A DNA stretch of 63,847 nt from a virus (taxonomy: Duplodnaviria; Heunggongvirae; Uroviricota; Caudoviricetes), in IMG/VR virus record IMGVR_UViG_3300042559_001801, one strand, 5' to 3'. Numbering within the stretch: position 1 is the first letter of the stretch; every line of letters starts with the position of its first letter. The translations under genes were made by a program, and so were the position numbers. Positions 27,584 through 36,863 of this stretch are shown here, piece by piece. The notes beneath the pieces are model-generated. The model saw only the letters and a program-made list of their open reading frames with translations. It was not told the DNA's origin and did no database searches.

Positions 27584-28657
27584 ATGGGATTAACTAGACC
27601 TCGCGCCGCACAGATTTTTGATATAGACTACAAGCAAGCAACTCGTGTAATTACCGTTGCCAACATAACTTTGGCCGGCGGAGCTCCAGCAGTGGTCGAC
27701 GGTGTCAGCTTGGTCTTGAACGATCGTGTATTGGTCACAGGTCAAACCACAGCCAGTCAAAACGGTTTGTATGATGTAACTGTGGTGGGTGTGGGATCTG
27801 ACGGCACCTGGGAAAGAACCAGCGATGGCAATCAAACAGGAGAAATTCTTGCCGGCATGATTGTCATGGTGACCGAAGGTACAATCTATGCTGACACACA
27901 GTGGAAACTAATAACAGACAATCCCATTGTGATTGGAACAACTGCACTGACATTTGAACTCAACACCAGTGGCAATTCAATTTCCAATGGCACAAGCAAC
28001 ATAACAGTTCTAAACAATGCCAATGTCAATGTCACAGTGGCCAATGTTCAAATTGCTGCGTTTGCATCAACTGGATCGTATGTAACCGGATTGATTTCCG
28101 CAACTGGTAATGTTACTGTAGGTAATTTATTAACTGGGGGGATCATCAGTACCACTGGCAACATCACCGGTAACAATATTCTGGGCAATGGCGCTGCTCT
28201 TTCTGGCATCAATGCGTTCAGCAACGTCACTGTCACTGGCGGAAACAGTGCAGTAGCAGACTCAATTTCCGATACTCTAACTTTAACAGCTGGCAGCGGT
28301 ATTAGTATTGTGATTGATTCAACCACAGATACCATAACCATTGGCACTCAACTTGGTAGTGAAATTTTTGTAGACGGCGCAGATTTTGGCACAGTAACTG
28401 AAACAGTGACCGTGAGTGACGATCTAGGGCTGGTCACTGCCGCCGTGGAGAGTGAAGCAGATCTTGGCACACTGGTGTTGTCGGGCCTGATCTATCCAGA
28501 TCAGTTTGTTTTGCCCAGTTATACCACCAGTACATTGCCCAGCGCCGCAGTGACAGGCTCCATGATATATGTGACCAATGAATCTGGTGGAGCAGTGCCA
28601 GCCTTTGCTGACGGCACAAATTGGCGCAGGGTAACAGACCGTGCCATAATAACATAA
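27584..28657 (+). CDS. Tail fibre-related virion protein
   Basis: DRVLVTGQTTASQNGLYDV...WER motif (related segment in 22862..26779); GN-rich repeats. Confidence 0.65.
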   Translation: MGLTRPRAAQIFDIDYKQATRVITVANITLAGGAPAVVDGVSLVLNDRVLVTGQTTASQNGLYDVTVVGVGSDGTWERTSDGNQTGEILAGMIVMVTEGTIYADTQWKLITDNPIVIGTTALTFELNTSGNSISNGTSNITVLNNANVNVTVANVQIAAFASTGSYVTGLISATGNVTVGNLLTGGIISTTGNITGNNILGNGAALSGINAFSNVTVTGGNSAVADSISDTLTLTAGSGISIVIDSTTDTITIGTQLGSEIFVDGADFGTVTETVTVSDDLGLVTAAVESEADLGTLVLSGLIYPDQFVLPSYTTSTLPSAAVTGSMIYVTNESGGAVPAFADGTNWRRVTDRAIIT

Positions 28658-28677
28658 ATAGCATATAGGAATTTAAA

Positions 28678-29757
28678 ATGTCTTCACAAGTACAATACAG
28701 ACGCGGAACTAACGCACAAAATGCAGCATTCACCGGCGCCTTGGCTGAAATCACTGTGGACACCACAAATGGCACTTTGCGAGTGCATGATGCCATCACA
28801 GTGGGCGGTAGCAATATTGCCACAGTGGCTTATGTAACATCACAAATCAGTGCTCTAAGTGCCAATTCAATTACATCTGGTACCAGCAATTTTTCAATCA
28901 TTGCCAGTGGCGGCAACATCCGTGGAAATGTAGGCGGAGCAACTGTAACAAATATTTATTCTGGTGGTATAGAACTGACTGGATTGCTCAGTGCCACAGG
29001 CAACGTCTCGGCTGAAAACTTAAATATCACAGGTAATATTGTTGACACAGGTGCATTGAGTATTATCACAGGCAGCAACGGAAACATTGCATTGTCGCCC
29101 AACGGCACTGGTATGGTCAATATCAGCAGTGCGTTAAGTGTTACAGGCAACATTACCACTGGTAATTTACTCATAGGTGGTGCAATTCAAGACTATGCTC
29201 AATTGGACATTCAGACCACTGCTGGCAATGCTAATATTGTGTTGACACCCAATGGTACCGGTAATGTTAATTTTGGCAGCAACATTATGCCAACTGCCAA
29301 TGCCACTGCTAATATTGGCAGTGCCACTTCAAGTTTCAACACTGTGTTTGCCAAGGCCACATCGGCACAATACGCTGACTTGGCAGAAAATTATCTAGCT
29401 GATGCTGCATATGCCCCGGGCACCGTGATTGAATTTGGCGGCAACAGCGAAGTCACAGTATCTACTGTGGACCACAGCACAGCCGTTGCTGGTATTGTCA
29501 GCACAGATCCTGCTTATTTGATGAATTCACATTTGCAAGGCGTTTATGCTGTGGCTGTTGCTTTGATCGGTCGTGTGCCGTGTCGAGTGCAGGGGCCTGT
29601 GAAAAAAGGATCTGTATTGGTCACCGGCACAGTTCCTGGAACAGCTATGGCCATTGATAATTTAAAATTTAAACCAGGCTGTGTGGTTGGCAAGGCAATG
29701 GAAACAATTGATTCCGTTGATGTAAAAACTATTGAAGTGGCCGTTGGACGATTATGA
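28678..29757 (+). CDS. Fibre protein with Mtd-N-like N-terminus and chaperone-like C-terminus
   Basis: QVQYRRGT...GALAEITVDT..TLRVHD N-terminus; C-terminal YADLAENY...VALIGRVP. Confidence 0.7.
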   Translation: MSSQVQYRRGTNAQNAAFTGALAEITVDTTNGTLRVHDAITVGGSNIATVAYVTSQISALSANSITSGTSNFSIIASGGNIRGNVGGATVTNIYSGGIELTGLLSATGNVSAENLNITGNIVDTGALSIITGSNGNIALSPNGTGMVNISSALSVTGNITTGNLLIGGAIQDYAQLDIQTTAGNANIVLTPNGTGNVNFGSNIMPTANATANIGSATSSFNTVFAKATSAQYADLAENYLADAAYAPGTVIEFGGNSEVTVSTVDHSTAVAGIVSTDPAYLMNSHLQGVYAVAVALIGRVPCRVQGPVKKGSVLVTGTVPGTAMAIDNLKFKPGCVVGKAMETIDSVDVKTIEVAVGRL

Positions 29758-30419
29758 TCACGGCTCATTATCGTAGTGATTACGAAGGCGAATTTGTAAT
29801 TACCGAAAGCCGATGGTCCGGCGGCAAAAAAACACAAACCAGAGAATGGATTGCCAATCCAATTGCTAACCAACACATCAGCGGCCGAGCTGCGTGTATT
29901 GCCAGCGGCATTGACAAAGAAAAATTTGATTACAAAAAATTAGAACGACATCGGGGCGGCTTGCTGGGCTCAAAAAAACTACAAACATACGGAACCGGTT
30001 CTATCACAAAAGAAATGCGATTGGATTTTGCTGTTGAAATTAACAAACTGATTCTCAAAGACATATTAGATCGTGGATATTCCACTGACAACATTGTGTA
30101 CACCACCACACGAAATTGTTTGGTCAATCCCGGTGAGTTCTATTTGATACCATACAACACTCTCATGGCAATGGAAGCATTGATACTATGGCTGGCAGCA
30201 TTTGACGGACATAAAGAAATATTCATGTTAGGCTACAACAACTTGACACCGGGCACCACCAGTGAATGGATGTCACATGTGAATTCAGTGATTGCTGCAT
30301 TTCCGTCGGTTAAATTTATATTAGCTGGCGAAGAAACTGTTATGCCACGAGAATGGCGAAAAAATGCCAATGTTGAGTGTATAAATTATCGTGAGTTCGT
30401 CACTCACTGCGACGTTTGA
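29754..30419 (+). CDS. Second Maf/DUF115-like protein
   Basis: RAACIASG...WLAAFDGHKEIFMLGY pattern parallels 17355..17942. Confidence 0.5.
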   Translation: MITAHYRSDYEGEFVITESRWSGGKKTQTREWIANPIANQHISGRAACIASGIDKEKFDYKKLERHRGGLLGSKKLQTYGTGSITKEMRLDFAVEINKLILKDILDRGYSTDNIVYTTTRNCLVNPGEFYLIPYNTLMAMEALILWLAAFDGHKEIFMLGYNNLTPGTTSEWMSHVNSVIAAFPSVKFILAGEETVMPREWRKNANVECINYREFVTHCDV

Positions 30420-30844
30420 ACGCCATGTTCCACTGTGGCCATTTTGTTACGCACAGCGTCAAAATTCACAGTTGACCACAGTCCTGGGTGCATGGGTCTA
30501 GGCCATGTGCCACTGGCAATCCAAGCCCATCCAATATGTTCGTCGTTGAGAGTTGGCGCAAATTCTTCTGCAACACTGCAAAAGAATGTGTGATAAGAAA
30601 ATCCACCGTCGGCACTGGTAAATTTTTCAATGGGAACCAGCTTTATATAATCCGGCATTGAACCCAATTCTTCTTCACACTCGCGAATCATTGCCTGCAT
30701 AAGTGTTTCGTGTTCTTCAATTTTGCCACCAGGCAGACCCCATGAATCTGGATGCCGAGCGTCATTGCGCATGAGATATAGATATCGCTGTGTGCTGATG
30801 CTGTAAAACCAAACTCCCACTGCGTTCAAAGCACTATTCTCCAT
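30404..30844 (-). CDS. NUDIX hydrolase
   Basis: Nudix box GGKIEEHETLMQAMIRECEEELG. Start is ATG 30844 or TTG 30829. Confidence 0.9.
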   Translation of the reverse strand: MENSALNAVGVWFYSISTQRYLYLMRNDARHPDSWGLPGGKIEEHETLMQAMIRECEEELGSMPDYIKLVPIEKFTSADGGFSYHTFFCSVAEEFAPTLNDEHIGWAWIASGTWPRPMHPGLWSTVNFDAVRNKMATVEHGVQTSQ

Positions 30845-32238
30845 TGACCGCCAGGATACAAGCCTTGGTAACTCTTGACCCAAGTTGCACCAGTCCATTT
30901 GTACTGTATTGCAGTGGTGATATTGGTGACATATTGCGCATTGTCCGGGCTTGATGTGTTATCAAACACCACTTGCCAACGCCCATCAATGTATTCAATG
31001 ATGTCATTTGTCTTGGCCGTCAATGGCTGTCCTGATGTGCCAGTCCATGCTGCTGCATTACCGTTGTCGCTGCCAGTGTTTTCGGTCAGCAAGTATCTCT
31101 GACCTGCCACCGCAGCCGGCAATCCAACACCAGGTCCACTGCGCAACGGATCAATTACTGAACGCACCGGAGATAGAGTATTTTGTGGTTTGGTGTCTTC
31201 ATCAATGGTAAACAGCATAAAGCGATCGTCGCTGGGGTCATAGGCCACTGTGCCAGCAACTTCTGTGCCGTCTGCTTGTTCTAAAAATACTTGACTAATG
31301 CCCGGTCGTAACACGCCGTACGCACCAATCAATGCGGTCCACAACAGGTTGCTGGCCGGTGAGTCCGGCGGTGTCAAACTGGAGTTGGGTTGATCTACCA
31401 CAGCACTGGGGCGTAACGCTTGTAATTTATTGCCAATCAGCAAAGTTTGATATTCCCACGGTGTAATCACCAGTCGTGTGCCCAGCAATAAATCATTGTC
31501 TACGACCGCGTTGGCAGCATCACCATTGGCATCATGTATGTTGGAAATGATTCGTTCAACAACACCCAACTTCTTAACTTTGGCAGGACTACTGATCCAG
31601 ATTGGCAATGAAAATGTCATTGTGGCAATGTCAATGGCATCATCAGTGCCAGTGGGAATTGATCGGCTACTCCATTGTGTTGACTCCAGCTGTACTATGC
31701 TCAAACTGGTCCAGTCAATGTAGTTGTCGGTGCTTTGTATTTCCAGCGCTGGATTAAACAGCACAGCAATCTGCTCCAGCAGTTGCATTTTTTGATTGGT
31801 GTTGGATGTCCATATATCCAACTTGAGAGTGAGTTTGTATGGCACTGGCATCAAGCGTTCAATTGTGAATGCATTGCCCTGTGTTGTTTCGTAGGTTTGA
31901 GTGTTGTCGTCGTAGGTGCGTTGACGCACTGCAATGTTGTTTACAAAATACGGTTCTTGCATTCTGGGACGATCGTAATCAAATCCTGACACATAAAAAC
32001 TCATCATGGGAACAGATGTCATAAAGTTTGCAGAGTTGTTCTGCATCACAGTTTGTACTTGTCGACTGGAGTCGCCGTAGCGAATTGGCACCCGCACTAG
32101 GGTGTGTGCTGTTCCTTCCTCGTTGCGTCCGTATTCGACTTGAAAGTTTGAAAAGATTCGTGTGAATTGCAGCAGGAAACGACGAATTTGTTCATCGTAG
32201 AAAAAATATGGATTGGTGTTGGAAGGTGTAGTTGCCAT
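30826..32238 (-). CDS. gp15: Tail sheath stabilizer/terminator (gp15-like) with C-terminal extension
   Basis: FFYDEQIRRFLLQF, VPIRYG, PVPYKLTLKLDIW and EQIAVLFNP motifs. Confidence 0.75.
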   Translation of the reverse strand: MATTPSNTNPYFFYDEQIRRFLLQFTRIFSNFQVEYGRNEEGTAHTLVRVPIRYGDSSRQVQTVMQNNSANFMTSVPMMSFYVSGFDYDRPRMQEPYFVNNIAVRQRTYDDNTQTYETTQGNAFTIERLMPVPYKLTLKLDIWTSNTNQKMQLLEQIAVLFNPALEIQSTDNYIDWTSLSIVQLESTQWSSRSIPTGTDDAIDIATMTFSLPIWISSPAKVKKLGVVERIISNIHDANGDAANAVVDNDLLLGTRLVITPWEYQTLLIGNKLQALRPSAVVDQPNSSLTPPDSPASNLLWTALIGAYGVLRPGISQVFLEQADGTEVAGTVAYDPSDDRFMLFTIDEDTKPQNTLSPVRSVIDPLRSGPGVGLPAAVAGQRYLLTENTGSDNGNAAAWTGTSGQPLTAKTNDIIEYIDGRWQVVFDNTSSPDNAQYVTNITTAIQYKWTGATWVKSYQGLYPGGQWRIVL

Positions 32239-32240
32239 TA

Positions 32241-33566
32241 TTAACCGCCGTTGTCTGCGTTGGGTTTGAGTATGTCACTTAGACTCTGACGACTTGGGAT
32301 AGCACCACGATCATTGGTCTGCACAGTTTCTCTGTTGTTGACAAATCCTGCTCGCAATGAAGAATTTTTGTATGTGGTTTCATTGTAGCCAGTTGTGGGT
32401 TCAAACACCGGTGCAGTACGAACACTGTCTTCGATCTTGACCCAGGCCACACCATCGTAACGGAACAGTCGATTGGGAAAGTAATCCAAACGCAAGGTGT
32501 AATCACCAGCAGCCGCACCAGATGGAAATCCAACACCAGCAGTGATTGGCAACCCGTTGGGAGCAACACCGTCACCGGTCAGGTACCCAACTGTGTAGCC
32601 GTCGCTGCGTGGTGTAGTACCTTCGCCGCCCTGTGTACCGTCCACAGTGGGCGGTGTTTGATCCGCAGTGAGTCCAGACGCAGCCGGTTGCCCATCTTCT
32701 GTGGTAGGAAGAATATAAAACTTAACAGTATCATAGCCAGTCAGGGGCACTTCCACAGCGGCCTGTGTCAGGATAGCATCGTTGATCTCTAGATCTTTTG
32801 TGCGGGTAGAAGTTTTACCTCCAATGGTATCTGGAGTTTTTTCGGTCCAGTATGTGGTGTTGGTAATGTCAGTGCCTGGAGGAACTTCTCTGATGGCAGT
32901 GTAAAATTTATCGCCATTGTTGACCACAGTGCCAGCAGGATACAAATTGCCCGGATCCCAGATGTTGTTGGGCTCAAACGCCTGTTTGGTAATGCTGTTG
33001 TATTCTTGAGCATTGACCATGGGTGTGGCCTTGACACGCCACAGGTGCGGCAACCAAGTTTGGCTAAATCCTTCGCTGGCATACGAAGCGTCCTGTATCA
33101 CATACCATTTGGGCAGTGCTTTGACAATGCTGGTATCCAGCGGATGGTAATCTTTCAAGTTCGGCACTTCGATCACATCGCCGCTCATGAGTTTGCGTCC
33201 AATGGTGTCAATCATGTCATTGTAATGAAATGTGATAAACAGTGTGTCGTTGTTCAGAAACAGGCCAAATTGAGTCAGATCAAAATCAATGTCAGCCACA
33301 CGATAAACGCCACGCTGCACATACACATCCGGATCGTAGGTGCGGTCTCTGTTTTCCAACAGCAGTAAATCTTCAATGAACAAGGGATTTTGTGTGTCGT
33401 ACACTGGTAATGTAGCATCTGCATCGCCAGGATCACCAGTGGATGGGCCGATGTATTTGTGGATATAGATATCTAATCCGCCAACAGTGTACATTTCTGA
33501 TATAGTTCTGTCCAGAAACTTATAGTCGGATGTTTTATTTGGGCGATACAGTGAGAGTCTCGGCAT
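32241..33566 (-). CDS. gp14: Neck/head-closure protein (gp14-like)
   Basis: LFIEDLLLLENRDR, DLTQFGLFL..D and GDVIEVP motifs; upstream of the gp15-like gene. Confidence 0.6.
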   Translation of the reverse strand: MPRLSLYRPNKTSDYKFLDRTISEMYTVGGLDIYIHKYIGPSTGDPGDADATLPVYDTQNPLFIEDLLLLENRDRTYDPDVYVQRGVYRVADIDFDLTQFGLFLNNDTLFITFHYNDMIDTIGRKLMSGDVIEVPNLKDYHPLDTSIVKALPKWYVIQDASYASEGFSQTWLPHLWRVKATPMVNAQEYNSITKQAFEPNNIWDPGNLYPAGTVVNNGDKFYTAIREVPPGTDITNTTYWTEKTPDTIGGKTSTRTKDLEINDAILTQAAVEVPLTGYDTVKFYILPTTEDGQPAASGLTADQTPPTVDGTQGGEGTTPRSDGYTVGYLTGDGVAPNGLPITAGVGFPSGAAAGDYTLRLDYFPNRLFRYDGVAWVKIEDSVRTAPVFEPTTGYNETTYKNSSLRAGFVNNRETVQTNDRGAIPSRQSLSDILKPNADNGG

Positions 33567-33586
33567 ATAGTTATTTATCGCACCAC

Positions 33587-33615
33587 TTGACCAATAAATC
33601 CAGAAGTGCTACAAT
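33587..33615 (+). promoter_or_regulatory. Sigma70-like promoter 1
   Basis: TTGACC-17 nt-TACAAT; ATG lies 6 nt downstream. Confidence 0.75.
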
Positions 33616-33621
33616 GGCTGT

Positions 33622-33894
33622 ATGAAAGTAGTCAAACTGAACCGCAGATTTCGCCAATTCAAAGAACACGGGCACACCATTGCTCTAAGATTTCCCTCAT
33701 ACACTGAATCTGTGCCATACGAAAAAACAACTCGCAATAAATTGGGCGTTGGCGGCTGGCAGCGGCATGATTCATGGTACAGTTACTTTGGACACGGTCG
33801 GGTTGCCGGGTACCGTCCGTACTGGATCACATTCCGCAACGAAGCAGATGCTACTTTAGTGTTGCTTTGTACTGACTTGACCAAAAATACATGA
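33622..33894 (+). CDS. Hypothetical basic/aromatic protein (early-type)
   Basis: ORF directly follows a sigma70-like promoter; C-terminal ITFRNEADATLVLL. Confidence 0.65.
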   Translation: MKVVKLNRRFRQFKEHGHTIALRFPSYTESVPYEKTTRNKLGVGGWQRHDSWYSYFGHGRVAGYRPYWITFRNEADATLVLLCTDLTKNT

Positions 33895-33905
33895 AGTGCT
33901 ATAAT
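33877..33905 (+). promoter_or_regulatory. Sigma70-like promoter 2
   Basis: TTGACC-17 nt-TATAAT, with TGC immediately before the -10 box. Confidence 0.8.
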
Positions 33906-33932
33906 TAACACTTAAACAACAAAGGAGCCACT

Positions 33933-34223
33933 ATGTTAGCATTTGCCCCGCAAACACAAAAGCAATTTACCGCATTGTTGCAGTATGTAGATAAAAACAG
34001 GCCTGCCATTGAGTCACGCAAAACAGCAGAATATAAACAGGCAGTGGCCAATGTGCGCGAGATAATGCGGGCATATTTTGCAGTTAATCCTCCTAAACTA
34101 ACTGCTTTTTCCCCATGGAAACATTTGGGCACAAGAGATATGTGTGTGCAAATAGCAGAAAAATACAGTATCCCCATATGGGATATACGGGGAGAGGCAA
34201 ACCCGTATACTTACAGTAACTAA
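33933..34223 (+). CDS. Hypothetical protein (early-type)
   Basis: AAGGAG SD, own promoter and own terminator. Confidence 0.7.
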   Translation: MLAFAPQTQKQFTALLQYVDKNRPAIESRKTAEYKQAVANVREIMRAYFAVNPPKLTAFSPWKHLGTRDMCVQIAEKYSIPIWDIRGEANPYTYSN

Positions 34224-34228
34224 CAGTC

Positions 34229-34258
34229 AAAACCCGTCATTTTGGCGGGTTTTCTTTT
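34229..34258 (+). terminator. Rho-independent terminator
   Basis: aaaacccgtc-atttt-ggcgggtttt-ctttt. Confidence 0.7.
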
Positions 34259-34260
34259 GG

Positions 34261-34289
34261 TTGACAATAATTATCAAAACTGCTATAAT
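34261..34289 (+). promoter_or_regulatory. Consensus sigma70 promoter 3
   Basis: TTGACA-17 nt-TATAAT, with TGC before the -10 box. Confidence 0.85.
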
Positions 34290-34318
34290 TACACTAATTG
34301 AACAAAGGAGCTGACACA

Positions 34319-35458
34319 ATGATTGCACACACTCGCGTTAAAGCACTGAATCCCCGTAGCCCTGACACCAAATTTATGGGGCAGGAACCCACCTGGGAAG
34401 TGCAGCCACGCCCAGAATTGCGAACCGGATTGATGTCGGCTGCATTCACATGGTACAATTACTTTTACAATAAAAAAGATGCTAGAGACATGATTGTTTC
34501 ATATCTGGAACAGCATGGCCGTCGGGCAGATATCAAACGCCTGCGTGGCGTCAGCGACAGCACTATTGTTTTGACAGCGGCATGGCTGTGCCGTATGAGT
34601 GCGGTGGGACTGGAATTGACCGATTCAGAGTCAGCCAAACTACAATCGCTGTTGGAGCAAACCATGGGCTCGAGACCGCAAGAAGTGGCAGAAGTGGATC
34701 CTGGTGCTGCCAGTGCAGTCAAGCTGACCATTCAAGACCGTCTGCGTGACAAGGTGACTGAATGCGCCGGCGAGTTGGAAGGCATGCTGGACGATTTTAT
34801 TGCCGCCGGCGCCAAGATGAGTGCAGACTGGAAACCCATTGCACAAATCCGCGGCATGAATGTGGCACCACAAATGGTCAAAGATATTGCCGAAGTTTGG
34901 CAACGAAAGCTACCGGAATTTGAAGCAGTGGTAGCCGGCAAAGATGCAGACCTAACAGAAGCCTACAGTCATCTCAGCAAAATCCAAATGCGCAATGTAA
35001 TCAAGTTTTGTGAAGCAGTGATCAACGACTGCGGTGCTTATGTGCAAATCAAGAAAGTTGAACGCAAGCCCCGTGCAGTCAAAGCAATTGCACCAGAAAA
35101 ACGAGCTGCAAAATTCAAACATCAGCTTGAGTTTGCGGAACTCAAGCTCAAAGGCCTGCCGGCTGCAAATCTTGTTGAAAAAACTGAAGCCTGGTTGTAC
35201 GACACCAAAAAGCGCAAACTTATCCATGTGGTAGCAGACAGTCATGTGGGCACATTCACTGTGAAGAGCAACAGTATCATTGGGTTTTCCACAGTGGAAA
35301 GCCAACAACGCACTGTTCGCAAGCCAGCTGACATTCTAAAAGCAATGAGTGCCGCAGGCAAGCCGGCAGCCAGGAAGATATACAAAGATCTTACCACAGC
35401 AGAAACAGTGTTCAACGGGCGTGGCACAGAGAATTTGATCATTCTAAAAGCCTGGTAA
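34319..35458 (+). CDS. Hypothetical protein (~379 aa), early-type
   Basis: Long ORF; AAGGAG SD before ATG 34319. Confidence 0.75.
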   Translation: MIAHTRVKALNPRSPDTKFMGQEPTWEVQPRPELRTGLMSAAFTWYNYFYNKKDARDMIVSYLEQHGRRADIKRLRGVSDSTIVLTAAWLCRMSAVGLELTDSESAKLQSLLEQTMGSRPQEVAEVDPGAASAVKLTIQDRLRDKVTECAGELEGMLDDFIAAGAKMSADWKPIAQIRGMNVAPQMVKDIAEVWQRKLPEFEAVVAGKDADLTEAYSHLSKIQMRNVIKFCEAVINDCGAYVQIKKVERKPRAVKAIAPEKRAAKFKHQLEFAELKLKGLPAANLVEKTEAWLYDTKKRKLIHVVADSHVGTFTVKSNSIIGFSTVESQQRTVRKPADILKAMSAAGKPAARKIYKDLTTAETVFNGRGTENLIILKAW

Positions 35459-35504
35459 GACTGGATTCATTCAGTGCCATAAATATAAGCAACGGAGTTC
35501 TTAC

Positions 35505-36275
35505 ATGGCCATTGAAGTCGAAACCAGTCTTAACACACTAAAACAAAATCTCATTGAATATGTGCGCCTGCAACTGGGCTCACAAATTATTGACCTTGAG
35601 CTGGATGCAGAACACTACGAATCCGCATACCAACGCACCCTTGGAGTTTATCGTCAGCGAGCACAGAATGCCTACGAAGAAAGCTACAGTTACCTGGAAC
35701 TGGTAGACGGTGTGGCCATCTACGATTTGCCACAGGAAGTTATTCAAGTCAAACAGATCTTCCGAAGAACATTTGGAAATTCCCAAGGCCCATTTGCATC
35801 AAACTTTGATCCGTTTGCTCAGGCACAAATGAGCGTGTATCTCATGAACTTCAATGTAGCAGGCGGTCTGGCCACATACGACTTTTACAGCCAATATGTG
35901 GAACTGGCCGCAAGAATGTTTGGTGGTTACATGAACTTCACATGGAATCCAGTTACTAAAAAGCTGCAACTGATCCGCGATCCCAACGGATCCGGCGAAA
36001 ATGTACTGTTGTGGACCTACAATCTCAAGCCAGAATTCAATCTGTTGCGTGACTTTCAAATATCACAATGGATTCGTGACTACATGGTGGCCAACTGTAA
36101 AATGATCATTGGTGAAGCTCGTGAAAAGTTTGGTACCATTGCTGGACCGCAAGGTGGCGGCACACTAAACGGTGCTGCAATGAAAAGCGAAGCACAGACA
36201 CAAATGGATAACTTATTGGTAGATCTCAAGAACTATATAGATGGATCCGAACCACTCAGTTGGGTAATTGGCTAA
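35505..36275 (+). CDS. gp13: Neck protein / head-tail adaptor (gp13-like)
   Basis: YVRLQLGSQIIDLEL and EKFGTIAGPQGGGTLNG motifs; late promoter at 35480-35485. Confidence 0.75.
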   Translation: MAIEVETSLNTLKQNLIEYVRLQLGSQIIDLELDAEHYESAYQRTLGVYRQRAQNAYEESYSYLELVDGVAIYDLPQEVIQVKQIFRRTFGNSQGPFASNFDPFAQAQMSVYLMNFNVAGGLATYDFYSQYVELAARMFGGYMNFTWNPVTKKLQLIRDPNGSGENVLLWTYNLKPEFNLLRDFQISQWIRDYMVANCKMIIGEAREKFGTIAGPQGGGTLNGAAMKSEAQTQMDNLLVDLKNYIDGSEPLSWVIG

Positions 36276-36303
36276 TAAAACCAGTTGTTTGAACAAACAC
36301 TGC

Positions 36304-36332
36304 TAGGCAAATTGTCATAAATCTGTTATACT
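36304..36332 (+). promoter_or_regulatory. Possible sigma70-like promoter, leaderless arrangement
   Basis: TAGGCA-17 nt-TATACT, with ATG 6 nt downstream. Confidence 0.45.
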
Positions 36333-36338
36333 ATCAGT

Positions 36339-36863
36339 ATGGCAGACTTAATGATCGATCTTGAAGGACTTGGTACAGGTCCCGACACCACAATACTAAC
36401 CATAGCCGCCCAGAGCTTTGATCCCTTGGGCACCGGTTACTACCAACGGCATTACTATGCTCGTATTGATCTTGAAAGTCAATCCGCTCGCAGTATACAG
36501 CAAGACACTATAGACTGGTGGGCGACCCAACCCGCTGCGGCTCGCGACGAAGCATTCAATGAAGCAGATCGTGTTCCATTGGATCAAGCCCTGGACGAGC
36601 TGGGCAAACTGATATGGCAAAGCAAGCGCATATGGGCGCAAGGTCCCACATATGATATGAATATTCTTGAACATGCATATAAAAGTTACAGCAAACCCCT
36701 GCCGTGGTTGTTTTATGTAGTTCGTGATAGTCGTACTGTGTTCGGGCTGTGGCCCGAGCTGCCTAAGCCGCCCACAAGCCACCACGCTTTGGAAGATTGT
36801 CGTAGGCAAATTGCCATGTTGCAGACAACCCTGCAACATCTAAATGTAACGGAACTGTCATGA
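36339..36863 (+). CDS. DEDD 3'-5' exonuclease (Rv2179c/DUF5051-like)
   Basis: LMIDLEGLG, IWAQGPTYD, VRDSRT and HHALEDC motifs. Confidence 0.85.
   Translation: MADLMIDLEGLGTGPDTTILTIAAQSFDPLGTGYYQRHYYARIDLESQSARSIQQDTIDWWATQPAAARDEAFNEADRVPLDQALDELGKLIWQSKRIWAQGPTYDMNILEHAYKSYSKPLPWLFYVVRDSRTVFGLWPELPKPPTSHHALEDCRRQIAMLQTTLQHLNVTELS

Noticed and set aside
26222-29387. Diversity-generating retroelement template/variable repeat pair
   Set aside because: Differences are mostly synonymous and not adenine-specific, both copies are coding, and there is no reverse transcriptase in the window.
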